Shown: positions 1 through 8,465 of the stretch, piece after piece
Layout of the letters: the number at the start of each line of letters is the position of its first letter
Position numbering within the stretch: the first letter of the stretch is position 1
DNA from: Acaryochloris marina S15
GTDB taxonomy: Bacteria; Cyanobacteriota; Cyanobacteriia; Thermosynechococcales; Thermosynechococcaceae
DNA: 32,000 bases
Reading direction: 5' to 3'
Assembly (NCBI RefSeq): GCF_018336915.1
Contig: NZ_CP064923.1
Location: 5,520,001-5,552,000 of the forward strand
Program-made: the position numbers and the translations under genes
Notes under the pieces: generated by a model
The model's database searches: none
What the model was told of the DNA's origin: nothing
What the model saw: the letters and a program-made list of their open reading frames with translations, nothing else

Positions 1-2
1 AA

Positions 3-2474
3 GGCCAACGCAGTACCAATGGCATTAAAATCAATGGGGTTAAATGTCGTTCACGCCGCCTCCAAGATCAAGATCTACTCACCTTTGGCAACCACATTAA
101 AGCCCGATACATTGCCGTAGTTCCTCAATCCGACGCAGAATTTGAGGAATATTGTCGTACCGCTGATCACGAAGCCCTCTTCACCCCTCCCGCCTCTCAA
201 TCTACCGTCGTCCCAGAACAACCTTCAGCCCTAGAAGAAGAAGGCCTGGATGAAGCTCCCCTGATCCGACTGGCCTCCTTCCCCGAAATTTCTCCCAGCC
301 CCATGCTAGAGATTAATCTCGATGGGGAACTCACCTATCTCAATCCAGCCGCCGTCAGCGCCTTTCCAGAACTCCCTCTCCTGGGGATGCAACATCCAGC
401 CTTAAACGGCCTGCTCAATTTCATTCACACCTCTGATACCAACATCCTGGTCCGGGAAATTACCGTTGCCGACAAGATGTATGAGCAATCCATTCACTTT
501 ATTTCCGAAAGTGATCTGATTCGCTGCTGCGTCTTTGATATTACGGAGCGCAAGCTGGCCGAAGCTGAACTTCGTAAACGCGATCGCTTGCTACAGAGTG
601 TGGCTCAAGCCACCACCCATCTCCTTGAAAATGTCGGATACGACGCCATCGATACTGCTTTGGCGATTTTAGGAGAAGCCGCTGGTGTCGATCGCATTTG
701 TATTTGCAAAAACCACACGCTACCAGACACTGGTGAAAGCGGTACCAGTATGCGATTTGAGTGGATTCGTTCATCCATAGAGTCCGTACGCCACCGTCCC
801 CATAGACAGGAGCAAAGCTATCACTCGCCCCATCTCAGACGTTGGTATCACGCCTTAACGGATGAGGTCACTATTCGCAGCCTGGTCCAAGACCTGCCAG
901 AAATCGAACAACAGGTCTTAGCTCAAGACAGTATTTTGTCGATTTTAGTGGTTCCAATTATTGTCAATCACCGATTTTGGGGATTTATTGAACTGCATAA
1001 TTGCACCCGCGAATATCACTGGTCTCTGCAAGAAGAGTCCATTCTATTTGCCATGTCAGCCAGTATTAGCGCAGCCTTACAACGACAGGACAAAGAAGAA
1101 ATTATCCGCCATCAGGCCTTTCATGATGCCCTCACTGATCTGCCCAACCGTGTCCTCTTCAACGACCGCCTGAATATCGCCTTAGCAGCTGCCCAACGGA
1201 ACAATGGCAGTGTTGCGGTCATGTTTATGGACTTAGACCGCTTCAAGTTAATCAACGACACGTTAGGGCACTCCATCGGTGATGAGCTTCTCCAAGAAGT
1301 GGCACTCCGCCTCCAAGATTGTTTGCGAGATGGAGACACGGTCGCGCGGTGGGGTGGGGATGAATTTACCGTTCTCTTACCTAAAATTGAGTCCGTTAAC
1401 GACGCCATTAACACGGCCTATCGGATTTTGGATGCCCTAAAAGCTGCATTTGTCATCCGCAGACATGAATTGTTTGTCACCACCAGCATTGGCATTGCCA
1501 TCTATCCCGAAGATGGCCAAGAAGCAGAAATTTTGCTGCAAAATGCGGACGTTGCCTTATATCGCAGTAAAGAGCAGGGCCGGGGCACTTGCCAGCTGTA
1601 TAACCCAACGATGAATGCCAAAGAGCAATTCATTCTAGAAAACAGTTTGCGTCACGCCTTAGATCGGGATGAATTTATTCTTCACTACCAGCCCAAGGTC
1701 AATATCTGTACCGGTGAGATTGTCGGCCTAGAAGCCCTTGTGCGCTGGGAACATCCAGAAATGGGCTTAGTCTCACCCGCCACTTTTATTCCAATTGCGG
1801 AAGAAACCGGCTTAATTGTGGAGTTGGGAGAATGGGTATTAAGAACAGCCTGTCAACAAGCCGTGCTCTGGCACCAAATGGGATTAGCGCCTTTATCCGT
1901 TGCCATCAACCTATCCGCTCGCCAGTTTTATCAACCGAATTTAGTTGAAATTGTGGCTCAGGTCCTAGAAAGTACTGGCTTAGATCCACAACAACTCGAA
2001 CTGGAAATTACAGAAACCATTGCGGTTAAAAATATGGACTTTGCAAAGTCCATTCTCTGTAATTTGCAAGCGCTGGGTGTCTACATCGCCATGGATGATT
2101 TTGGCACCGGCTACTCTTCCCTCAATTATCTCAAGCAACTCCCCTTCAATACCTTGAAGATTGATCAGTCCTTTATTCAAGATTTAAAGCCTGCGTCTAA
2201 GGATATAGAAATTATCAATGCAGTCATTGCCTTAGGCAAAGGCCTCGATCTGAAAGTGGTTGCCGAGGGTGTCGATAATGAAGAACAGCTAGAACTGCTC
2301 AGGTCCCTAAATTGTGAAATTGTCCAAGGCTATTTATTCAGTCGCCCCCTGAGTGTGGATAGCACAACAGATATTTTGCAAGCGAATTGGCTCCAACGCA
2401 ATCAGCCTCAATCCATGTTGCGAACCTTAGTATCTGGTCCAGAGTTAAGTCAATCCACTTCTATGCAGACCTAG
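3..2474 (+). CDS. Signalling protein, 5'-partial: (FHA-like C-terminal strands)-PAS-like-GAF-GGDEF-EAL, a diguanylate cyclase/phosphodiesterase
   Basis: The frame of the listed 303..2474 ORF stays open back to nt 3 (100 sense codons, no stop). The PAS-entry motif FPEISPSP|MLEINLDGELTYLNPAA straddles the listed Met, so the gene begins left of the window. Motifs read directly: GAF-like ILVVPIIVNHRFWGFIEL; RDGD (RxxD I-site) 5 aa before an intact GGDEF (RWGGDEFTVLL); EAL (LEALVRWEHP); DDFGTGYSSL; KIDQSF; QGYLFSRP. Confidence 0.9.
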   Translation, partial: GQRSTNGIKINGVKCRSRRLQDQDLLTFGNHIKARYIAVVPQSDAEFEEYCRTADHEALFTPPASQSTVVPEQPSALEEEGLDEAPLIRLASFPEISPSPMLEINLDGELTYLNPAAVSAFPELPLLGMQHPALNGLLNFIHTSDTNILVREITVADKMYEQSIHFISESDLIRCCVFDITERKLAEAELRKRDRLLQSVAQATTHLLENVGYDAIDTALAILGEAAGVDRICICKNHTLPDTGESGTSMRFEWIRSSIESVRHRPHRQEQSYHSPHLRRWYHALTDEVTIRSLVQDLPEIEQQVLAQDSILSILVVPIIVNHRFWGFIELHNCTREYHWSLQEESILFAMSASISAALQRQDKEEIIRHQAFHDALTDLPNRVLFNDRLNIALAAAQRNNGSVAVMFMDLDRFKLINDTLGHSIGDELLQEVALRLQDCLRDGDTVARWGGDEFTVLLPKIESVNDAINTAYRILDALKAAFVIRRHELFVTTSIGIAIYPEDGQEAEILLQNADVALYRSKEQGRGTCQLYNPTMNAKEQFILENSLRHALDRDEFILHYQPKVNICTGEIVGLEALVRWEHPEMGLVSPATFIPIAEETGLIVELGEWVLRTACQQAVLWHQMGLAPLSVAINLSARQFYQPNLVEIVAQVLESTGLDPQQLELEITETIAVKNMDFAKSILCNLQALGVYIAMDDFGTGYSSLNYLKQLPFNTLKIDQSFIQDLKPASKDIEIINAVIALGKGLDLKVVAEGVDNEEQLELLRSLNCEIVQGYLFSRPLSVDSTTDILQANWLQRNQPQSMLRTLVSGPELSQSTSMQT

Positions 2475-2588
2475 ACCCACTTTATCGCTGACCAGCATAA
2501 ATCTATTATCACAAAAACCGTCATAAATGATGGACGATTAGTCGGGAAATAGAGTATCCTTAGATCTTGTGACTTTTTGTGAAAAATT

Positions 2589-2951
2589 ATGCACGCTGAG
2601 GAGATCATTCGCTCAATTGAAGCGGAGCATTTCAAAGAAACATTACCAACCATCTATGTTGGCGATACTGTCCGAGTCGGAGTTCAAATCCGAGAAGGCA
2701 ATAAAGAGCGCACCCAACCCTATGAAGGGACTGTCATTGCTAAGCGTCATGGTGGGATCAATGAGACCATCACCGTTCGGAAAATTTTTCAGGGTGTCGG
2801 TGTAGAGCGAGTTTTTCTAATTCACTCTCCTCGCATCACCACTATCAAAGTGGTTCGTCGAGGTAAAGTGCGCCGAGCTAAGCTGTATTATTTACGCGAT
2901 CGCGTCGGCAAGGCAACTCGTGTCAAGCAACGGTTTGATCGAGAGCTGTAG
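2589..2951 (+). CDS. rplS: 50S ribosomal protein L19
   Basis: 120 aa with typical L19 sequence ([43 protein letters not shown]...[11 protein letters not shown]...[10 protein letters not shown]). ATG at 2589. Confidence 0.95.
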   Translation: MHAEEIIRSIEAEHFKETLPTIYVGDTVRVGVQIREGNKERTQPYEGTVIAKRHGGINETITVRKIFQGVGVERVFLIHSPRITTIKVVRRGKVRRAKLYYLRDRVGKATRVKQRFDREL

Positions 2952-3086
2952 ATGGAGTTTAGGGTTATCCACACATTATCCAGCCCGCCTCAATCGTCCA
3001 TGAGTGCTACCGTAGCAAGGTAAACTTGAGAAAGTAGAGAGGTCCCTTAGACCCCAAACCTACTCAGTCCATCTAGGTAGCCCTAT

Positions 3087-3159
3087 GCGCCTTTAGTTCA
3101 GTTGGTAGAACGCAGGTCTCCAAAACCTGATGTCGGGGGTTCGAGTCCTCCAAGGCGCG
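3087..3159 (+). tRNA. trnW: tRNA-Trp (anticodon CCA)
   Basis: Cloverleaf read by eye: acceptor GCGCCTT/AAGGCGC, D-arm AGTTCAGTTGGTAGAAC, anticodon stem CAGGT/ACCTG with loop CT-CCA-AA, T-arm GGGGGTTCGAGTCCTCC. 73 nt, no encoded 3' CCA. It sits upstream of secE-nusG-rplK, a widely conserved position. Confidence 0.93.
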
Positions 3160-3366
3160 CTCAATTCAGATCAGTTTAGATGGACTGTGTCGTGGGCTGA
3201 GTCAATCAGATTGCTCTTAGACTCATGCCCTAGGTTCGCTTGATCATGCAATTGCCTAATCTGCACAAGCGATCAGCCCATTGAGTGGGCAAGCTCAATT
3301 TACATTCGATAGTGGGCAAGCTCGGAGTATAAATACCCAGCAGTTGGCATCCAAGGATTAGCAAAA

Positions 3367-3720
3367 GTGGCTAAAAGAAGAAAGAAAAAAAATAACGCAG
3401 CAAATAGTCAGCCGTCACCCCCATCCAACATTGATGCGACGTCTGAACCGATAGCTGCCACTACTGCTGATACTGGAGAGTCTTTAGAGAGTTCTAGCTC
3501 TACTCCAGAGCGAGCTGCTGTGGCAGCAACTTCTAGTGCCGCTGGCTCTACTAGTTTTTTCCAAAGCACTAAGGAAGAATTTGAGAAAGTGGTATGGCCC
3601 GATCGGCAACAGCTGATTAGTGAGTCGATTGCAGTGTTTTTGATGGTCTCTCTCTCTGCGATTATTTTCTCATTCATCGATAACTTGTTTAGGTGGGTTT
3701 CCACACTCGTATTTGGATAA
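3367..3720 (+). CDS. secE: Preprotein translocase subunit SecE, with a long Ser/Ala/Thr-rich N-terminal extension
   Basis: The C-terminal 55 aa are typical SecE (FFQSTKEEFEKVVWPDRQQLISESIAVFLMVSLSAIIFSFIDNLFRWV). GTG start at 3367 is preceded by AAGGA. There is no in-frame ATG further in, so the ~60-aa low-complexity extension is probably real. The start is less certain than the end. Confidence 0.85.
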   Translation: MAKRRKKKNNAANSQPSPPSNIDATSEPIAATTADTGESLESSSSTPERAAVAATSSAAGSTSFFQSTKEEFEKVVWPDRQQLISESIAVFLMVSLSAIIFSFIDNLFRWVSTLVFG

Positions 3721-3726
3721 GTACCC

Positions 3727-4347
3727 ATGACTGATGACCCCCTAAGTACAACCCCGGCTGTTAGTTCAGTCCCTGAAGGTTCTCTCGAAATTCGGCATTG
3801 GTATGCCGTCCAAGTTGCCTCCGGGTGCGAGAAAAAGGTCAAGCATAACCTTGAACAACGTTTGCAAACCCTAGATGTTGCAGACCGCATTGTTCAAATT
3901 GAAATCCCGCAAACGCCCACCATCAAAGTTCGGAAAGATGGCAGCCGTTTAACGGGCGAAGAAAAAGTATTTCCAGGCTATGTGCTAGTCCGCATGATCT
4001 TAGATGACGAAACCTGGCAGGTGGTCAAAAACACCCCCAACGTCATCAACTTTGTCGGTGCCGAACAACAACGTCGGTACGGTCGTGGCCGTGGCCATGT
4101 CAAACCGATGCCTCTCAGCCCTTCAGAAGTCGAGCGAATTTTCCGCCAGGCCCAAGAACAAGAGCCTGTAGTCAAAGTCGATATGTCTGTTGGCGATAAG
4201 ATTCAAGTTCTCAATGGTCCATTCAAAGACTTTGAAGGTGAAGTAATTGAAGTTAGCCTTGAGCGGAACAAGCTCAAAGCGCTACTTTCGATTTTTGGGC
4301 GGGATACCCCCGTAGAATTGGAATTTAATCAGGTGAAAAAAGAGTAA
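3727..4347 (+). CDS. nusG: Transcription termination/antitermination factor NusG
   Basis: 206 aa. NGN domain ([20 protein letters not shown]...FPGYVLVRM) and KOW domain ([22 protein letters not shown]). Conserved secE-nusG-rplK order. Confidence 0.95.
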   Translation: MTDDPLSTTPAVSSVPEGSLEIRHWYAVQVASGCEKKVKHNLEQRLQTLDVADRIVQIEIPQTPTIKVRKDGSRLTGEEKVFPGYVLVRMILDDETWQVVKNTPNVINFVGAEQQRRYGRGRGHVKPMPLSPSEVERIFRQAQEQEPVVKVDMSVGDKIQVLNGPFKDFEGEVIEVSLERNKLKALLSIFGRDTPVELEFNQVKKE

Positions 4348-4354
4348 TTCATCC

Positions 4355-4780
4355 ATGGCAAAAAAAGTAGTAGCAATCATTAAATTGGCAATCGCAGCTG
4401 GCAAAGCCAACCCTGCTCCCCCAATTGGACCCGCCTTAGGACAACATGGTGTCAACATCATGATGTTCTGTAAGGAATACAACGCCAAAACGTCTGATCA
4501 AGCTGGGCTCGTCGTACCTGTTGAAATTTCAGTTTACGAAGATCGCAGTTTTACCTTTATCCTCAAAACACCCCCAGCGTCCGTTCTGATCAAGAAAGCC
4601 GCTGGCATTGAGAAAGGATCAGGTGAACCCAACCAGACCCAAGTCGGCCAAATCACTAAGGCTCAATTGCAGGAAATTGCCCAAACCAAAATGCCTGACC
4701 TCAATGCCAATGACATTGAAGCAGCCATGAATATTGTGGCTGGAACCGCCCGCAACATGGGCGTTGCTGTCGTTGATTAA
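4355..4780 (+). CDS. rplK: 50S ribosomal protein L11
   Basis: 141 aa. [35 protein letters not shown] is the L11 signature. Confidence 0.96.
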   Translation: MAKKVVAIIKLAIAAGKANPAPPIGPALGQHGVNIMMFCKEYNAKTSDQAGLVVPVEISVYEDRSFTFILKTPPASVLIKKAAGIEKGSGEPNQTQVGQITKAQLQEIAQTKMPDLNANDIEAAMNIVAGTARNMGVAVVD

Positions 4781-4870
4781 GCCCAGGCATCGGAGTATGA
4801 TTTAGTACCCGTCTTTGTTAACCCATTTGGGGAAGAGGCCATTGCTTCGCTAATACCCCAGGAGTAAATT

Positions 4871-5581
4871 ATGACTAAGAAAGAATCTCGCCGAATGCGC
4901 GAGTTAAGACAGCAAGTTGCAGAACGCGCTTATGAGCCGCTAGAAGCACTAGAGTTGCTGTGTAAAACGGCCACGGCTAAGTTTTCAGAATCTGCTGAAG
5001 CACATATTCGTCTCGGTATTGACCCCAAGTATACGGATCAACAACTACGGACAACAGTTGCCTTACCCAAAGGCACCGGTCAGGAAGTTCGCATTGCTGT
5101 AGTCGCCCGTGGAGAAAAGGTCAAAGAAGCTACGGATGCCGGTGCCAATATCGTTGGCTCTGAAGAGCTGATCACTGAAATTCAGCAAGGTCGGATGGAT
5201 TTTGACCTACTGATCGCGACCCCAGATATGATGCCCCAGGTCGCCAAAGTGGGTCGAATTCTTGGTCCTCGCGGATTAATGCCCTCTCCTAAAGCAGGAA
5301 CTGTGACCTTCGATCTGCCGCAAGCCATTGAAGAATTCAAAGCTGGTAAGCTTGAGTTCCGCGCAGACCGCACCGGCATTGTTCACGTGATGTTTGGCAA
5401 AGCAACATTCTCTGCAGAAGATTTGTTAGAGAACCTCAAAGCATTGCAAGACACCATTGATCGGAATCGTCCTTCAGGTGCCAAGGGAAAGTACTGGCGA
5501 AGTCTTTATGTATCGGCCACTATGGGACCATCCATCGAAATCGATATTTCGTCTCTGCGAGACCTAACCCTGGCTGAATAA
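4871..5581 (+). CDS. rplA: 50S ribosomal protein L1
   Basis: 236 aa. Typical L1 blocks ([23 protein letters not shown]; [10 protein letters not shown]; [19 protein letters not shown]). GGAG Shine-Dalgarno lies 8 nt upstream of ATG 4871. Confidence 0.96.
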   Translation: MTKKESRRMRELRQQVAERAYEPLEALELLCKTATAKFSESAEAHIRLGIDPKYTDQQLRTTVALPKGTGQEVRIAVVARGEKVKEATDAGANIVGSEELITEIQQGRMDFDLLIATPDMMPQVAKVGRILGPRGLMPSPKAGTVTFDLPQAIEEFKAGKLEFRADRTGIVHVMFGKATFSAEDLLENLKALQDTIDRNRPSGAKGKYWRSLYVSATMGPSIEIDISSLRDLTLAE

Positions 5582-5744
5582 GTCTGGAAACACCCAAATT
5601 TTTTCAAGGATAGAGCCTTTGAATTAATCCCTCAACTGAATATCGAAAGACCGTAGATGGTAGGGGCTAAATGCTTAATGGCCTACTGAGGTTTTGAATG
5701 ATTGCCCTTAAAACACTCTGTTAACGTTTTGAGTCAGCACTCTC

Positions 5745-5783
5745 AAAAGACCTTGGCCCTACCCATAGCCAAGGTCTTTTGTT
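5745..5783 (+). promoter_or_regulatory. Perfect 13-bp hairpin plus T-run inside the 252-nt rplA-rplJ spacer; candidate rplJ-leader attenuator or internal terminator
   Basis: AAAAGACCTTGGC (5745..5757), a 10-nt loop, GCCAAGGTCTTTT (5768..5780), then GTTAT. It lies upstream of the real rplJ start at 5834 and inside the over-extended TTG-started ORF 5702..6364. Confidence 0.55.
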
Positions 5784-5833
5784 ATGGGGATAAGTTTCAT
5801 TTTCATGTACCGATTAAGGAGGTGAACAGAAGG

Positions 5834-6364
5834 ATGGGTAGAACCCTAGAAGATAAACAGCAAATTGTAGCAGGACTGCAAGAGAACCTAAGTGATGTCG
5901 TCATGACGATTGTCATCGACTACAAAGGGTTAACTGTTGCTGAAATCACGGAGCTGCGAAATAAGCTGCGGCCTGCAGGGGCTCAGTGCAAAATCACCAA
6001 AAACACCTTGATGCGTCGAGCCATCAAAGGTGATGAAAAATGGGAGCCTTTATCAGACTGGTTATCCGATTCCTCTGCTTTTTTGTTGATTAAGGATGAC
6101 TTAGGTGGTGCCATTAAGGCCTACCAAGCCTTTCAAAAAGAAACCAAGAAAACGGAGCTTCGGGGCGGCATCATGGATGGCCAACTCCTCTCCAAAGAGG
6201 ATATCAAGGCTATCGGTGACCTCCCGTCACAAGAAGTCTTGATGGCTCAAATTGCTGGTGCTATCAATTCTGTAACTGCCAAAGTTGCTGTGGGTATCAA
6301 TGAGGTTCCCGCTTCACTGGCCCGGGCGTTACACGCTCATGCAGACTCTGATAAATCTGCCTGA
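5834..6364 (+). CDS. rplJ: 50S ribosomal protein L10
   Basis: The ORF track starts at TTG 5702. ATG 5834 ([19 protein letters not shown]...) is preceded by AAGGAGGTGAACA and gives a normal ~176-aa L10. The 44 upstream codons contain the hairpin above and look non-coding. Confidence 0.92.
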   Translation: MGRTLEDKQQIVAGLQENLSDVVMTIVIDYKGLTVAEITELRNKLRPAGAQCKITKNTLMRRAIKGDEKWEPLSDWLSDSSAFLLIKDDLGGAIKAYQAFQKETKKTELRGGIMDGQLLSKEDIKAIGDLPSQEVLMAQIAGAINSVTAKVAVGINEVPASLARALHAHADSDKSA

Positions 6365-6409
6365 CCGCATTCTCGATCAAACCATTGAATACATATAAGG
6401 AAGTGAACC

Positions 6410-6793
6410 ATGTCTGCAACTGAAGAAATTCTAGAAAAGCTAAAATCCCTAACCCTCCTAGAAGCTGCTGATCTAGTCAAGCAAATTGAGGAAACCTTTG
6501 GTGTGAGCGCTGCTCCTGCCGCTGGTGTGATGATGGCAGCACCTGGTGCACCAGGTGCTACTGAAGAAGCTGAAGAGCAAACTGAATTTGATGTCGTCTT
6601 GGAAGAAGTCCCTGCCGACAAGAAGATTGCCGTTCTCAAGGTCGTCCGTACTCTAACCGGCTTAGGTTTGAAAGAAGCCAAAGAAATGGTGGAATCTACA
6701 CCCAAATCTATTAAAGAAGGGGTTTCCAAAGAGGACGCCGAAGAAGCCAAGAAGAGCCTGGAAGATGCAGGCGGAAAAGTTGCTCTCAAGTAA
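6410..6793 (+). CDS. rplL: 50S ribosomal protein L7/L12
   Basis: 127 aa. Ala/Pro hinge, then [24 protein letters not shown]...[20 protein letters not shown]. Confidence 0.96.
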   Translation: MSATEEILEKLKSLTLLEAADLVKQIEETFGVSAAPAAGVMMAAPGAPGATEEAEEQTEFDVVLEEVPADKKIAVLKVVRTLTGLGLKEAKEMVESTPKSIKEGVSKEDAEEAKKSLEDAGGKVALK

Positions 6794-6860
6794 GCAGCTT
6801 TCGCAGTTACCCATTAGCCTGGTTCACCAGGCTGGATAAACTGTATCTTGCACCATTCAA

Positions 6861-6919
6861 ATCACAATTAAAGGCTTGCCGAGACAAACACTCTCTCAGC
6901 AAGTCTTTAATTGTGTGAT
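6861..6919. terminator. Long imperfect inverted repeat between convergent rplL and the SepF-family gene; putative bidirectional terminator
   Basis: ATCACAATTAAAGGCTTGC (6861..6879) pairs with GCAAGTCTTTAATTGTGTGAT (6899..6919) at ~17 of 19 positions. The right arm overlaps the last codons of the minus-strand gene. A second short palindrome, AGCCTGG-TTCA-CCAGGCT, sits at 6816..6833. Neither has a clean U-run. Confidence 0.45.
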
Positions 6920-7177
6920 GATGTCAACGGTGGGGGGCGTAAACAAATAGATTTGATGCCCCAGTTGTTGTTGATGTCCTGAGATCGCACATGTACTGCC
7001 AGCAGCAAAATCGGCAAATCGTTGAGCCAGTTCAGTCCCCAAGCTGGCAAAGTTTAATAAGATAACGGTTCCCCCCTTGAGGGCATCGACCGCCTGGGCG
7101 GTTTCTTCAAAAGTTTGGGGGGTAAGAACAGCAATTGTATAATTAGATAGCCCGGGAAGTGGCAGTAAGTTAGCCAT
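6896..7177 (-). CDS. sepF: SepF-family (DUF552) cell-division protein, core domain only
   Basis: 93 aa. It aligns by eye with the FtsZ-binding C-terminal domain of SepF (VLTPQTFEETAQAVDALKGGTVILLNFASLGTELAQRFADFAAGSTCAISGHQQQLGHQIYLFTPPTVDI versus B. subtilis V..[25 protein letters not shown]...[34 protein letters not shown]). Confidence 0.75.
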   Translation of the reverse strand: MANLLPLPGLSNYTIAVLTPQTFEETAQAVDALKGGTVILLNFASLGTELAQRFADFAAGSTCAISGHQQQLGHQIYLFTPPTVDIITQLKTC

Positions 7178-7233
7178 ACTTGCTCACCTGAATCCATTGA
7201 TCGTTACCGTCTAAACTAGCGCAACTTGTCAAT

Positions 7234-7686
7234 ATGCAGAAGCCTTTACTGCCAAAAGATTGCCAATTGCGCCCTGCCATAGCCACAGATATCGGCTCAA
7301 TTCGGCGATTAGTCTGGTCTGCCAGACTGGATCCGACGCAAATCCGATGGGCTCAGTTTTGGGTGATTGAACAGAATTTAACGATTGTTGCTTGTGGCCA
7401 ACTACGGGTCTTTCCAGGCGCTCAAGAACTCGGTAGTTTAGTCGTTAAATCCACCCATCAAGGTCAAGGGTTGGGAACAATCTTGGCTCAACACTTAATC
7501 GAAAATGCATCCCACCCCCTCTATCTCGAATGTCTCGGGCAACGACTATGCCAGTATTATCAACGAATGGGATTCCAGATCGTTGAGTGGCAGGAACTTC
7601 CCCAGGGCTTAAAGCGAAAATTTGGACTCTCCAAAATCGCTAAAACCCTATTCCGCATTCCTGTCGAGTTTATGTACTATTCTTGA
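7234..7686 (+). CDS. GNAT-family N-acetyltransferase
   Basis: 150 aa. Acetyl-CoA binding motif LVVKSTHQGQGLGTILAQHLIE (Q/RxxGxG) and a C-terminal YQRMGF. Confidence 0.8.
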   Translation: MQKPLLPKDCQLRPAIATDIGSIRRLVWSARLDPTQIRWAQFWVIEQNLTIVACGQLRVFPGAQELGSLVVKSTHQGQGLGTILAQHLIENASHPLYLECLGQRLCQYYQRMGFQIVEWQELPQGLKRKFGLSKIAKTLFRIPVEFMYYS

Positions 7687-7724
7687 ACCCTCGATGACTT
7701 TGAAAGGGTAGTATGCTTATCAGT

Positions 7725-8465
7725 CTAATGAACGAAATTAGGGAGTTCTGGCTGAGGAGAAGACGGATAGGATGATTGGAGCTCTACATCTACCGTTGGA
7801 GGTTGTTTCTTCTCCACAGGAGACTGAGGAATAGGTAAAGCCAAAGCCTGGGGGCTAGTCTGCCGAACGTCGGATGTATTCTGTAAACCTAAGGCAGCAA
7901 GCTTACGACAGCAAATCGCAAATGCATCGGAAACGCTACTCACAGAATCAGTTGCTGACCAAGGAGAGACTGCGGAAGAAGAGACCATCAGAGAATCGTC
8001 CACAGCTACGGTGGCATACCCAAAGGAGACCATTTGGCGAGGGGTTACTTTGGCATTCGGTGCAAATGTGTTGGAATTATTTTTCAGCACCGTCTTATAT
8101 TCATAAATGCGGGCCTGTTGGCGACGAAGTTGCGATCGCAAGTCCTGACAAATCGACTGAAACTCTTGCAGCTTCTCTGCTTCTCGCCGAGAATCACGCT
8201 CGGCATTTTCTAAATCTTGTTCGAGTTGGACCTGATGGGATTCATGCCCCACTAATTGCTCAGTGAGAGAATCGATCAAGCATTGCTGATATTGCAGCAA
8301 ATCATGGGCGGTTTCCAATTCTTGCCGCAAGACTGCCACATCTGCTTCTCCCAACATTGTATCGACTGGCAGTAGCTTGTCTTGCCACCGATGGCTATTA
8401 AGCTCAGAACCCACCAAGGTTTTGAGCCTAGGAACAGAAGGTGGAATGATACTTTCGTCGTGCAT
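7725..8465 (-). CDS. Hypothetical protein: N-terminal coiled coil, C-terminal Ser/Thr/Pro-rich tail
   Basis: 246-aa uninterrupted ORF. Heptad-like, Gln/Glu/Leu-rich region ~aa 40-125 (LRQELETAHDLLQYQQCLIDSLTEQL...LEQDLENAERDSRREAEKLQEF...). The tail has S/T/P runs. No family recognised. Confidence 0.6.
   Translation of the reverse strand: MHDESIIPPSVPRLKTLVGSELNSHRWQDKLLPVDTMLGEADVAVLRQELETAHDLLQYQQCLIDSLTEQLVGHESHQVQLEQDLENAERDSRREAEKLQEFQSICQDLRSQLRRQQARIYEYKTVLKNNSNTFAPNAKVTPRQMVSFGYATVAVDDSLMVSSSAVSPWSATDSVSSVSDAFAICCRKLAALGLQNTSDVRQTSPQALALPIPQSPVEKKQPPTVDVELQSSYPSSPQPELPNFVH

Noticed and set aside
3087-3159. tRNA-Trp as a possible integration hotspot or genomic-island boundary.
   Set aside because: Both flanks are conserved housekeeping genes (rplS, secE-nusG-rplK). 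There is no integrase and no direct repeat of the tRNA 3' end. The flanking repeat is inverted, not direct.
3408-3890. 160-aa ORF antisense to secE/nusG, and similar long antisense ORFs at 6337..6789 (opposite rplL), 1121..1414, 7874..8266, 10825..11199, 21026..21370 and 24431..24709.
   Set aside because: All lie fully inside well-supported conserved genes on the other strand and have Arg/Ser/Pro-rich, shadow-frame composition. They are typical antisense ORF artefacts.
4781-4870. The 90-nt rplK-rplA spacer as an L1-binding autoregulatory mimic of the 23S L1 stalk.
   Set aside because: I could not identify the conserved L1-binding asymmetric loop by eye. Only loose complementarity is present (CCCAGGCATCGG...CCCCAGGAG). 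It is left unreported as a feature.
5702-5833. The 44-codon N-terminal extension of rplJ in the ORF track (TTG start).
   Set aside because: The extension has no similarity to L10 and contains a perfect terminator-like hairpin. A strong SD (AAGGAGG) precedes the internal ATG at 5834, which gives a normal-length L10.
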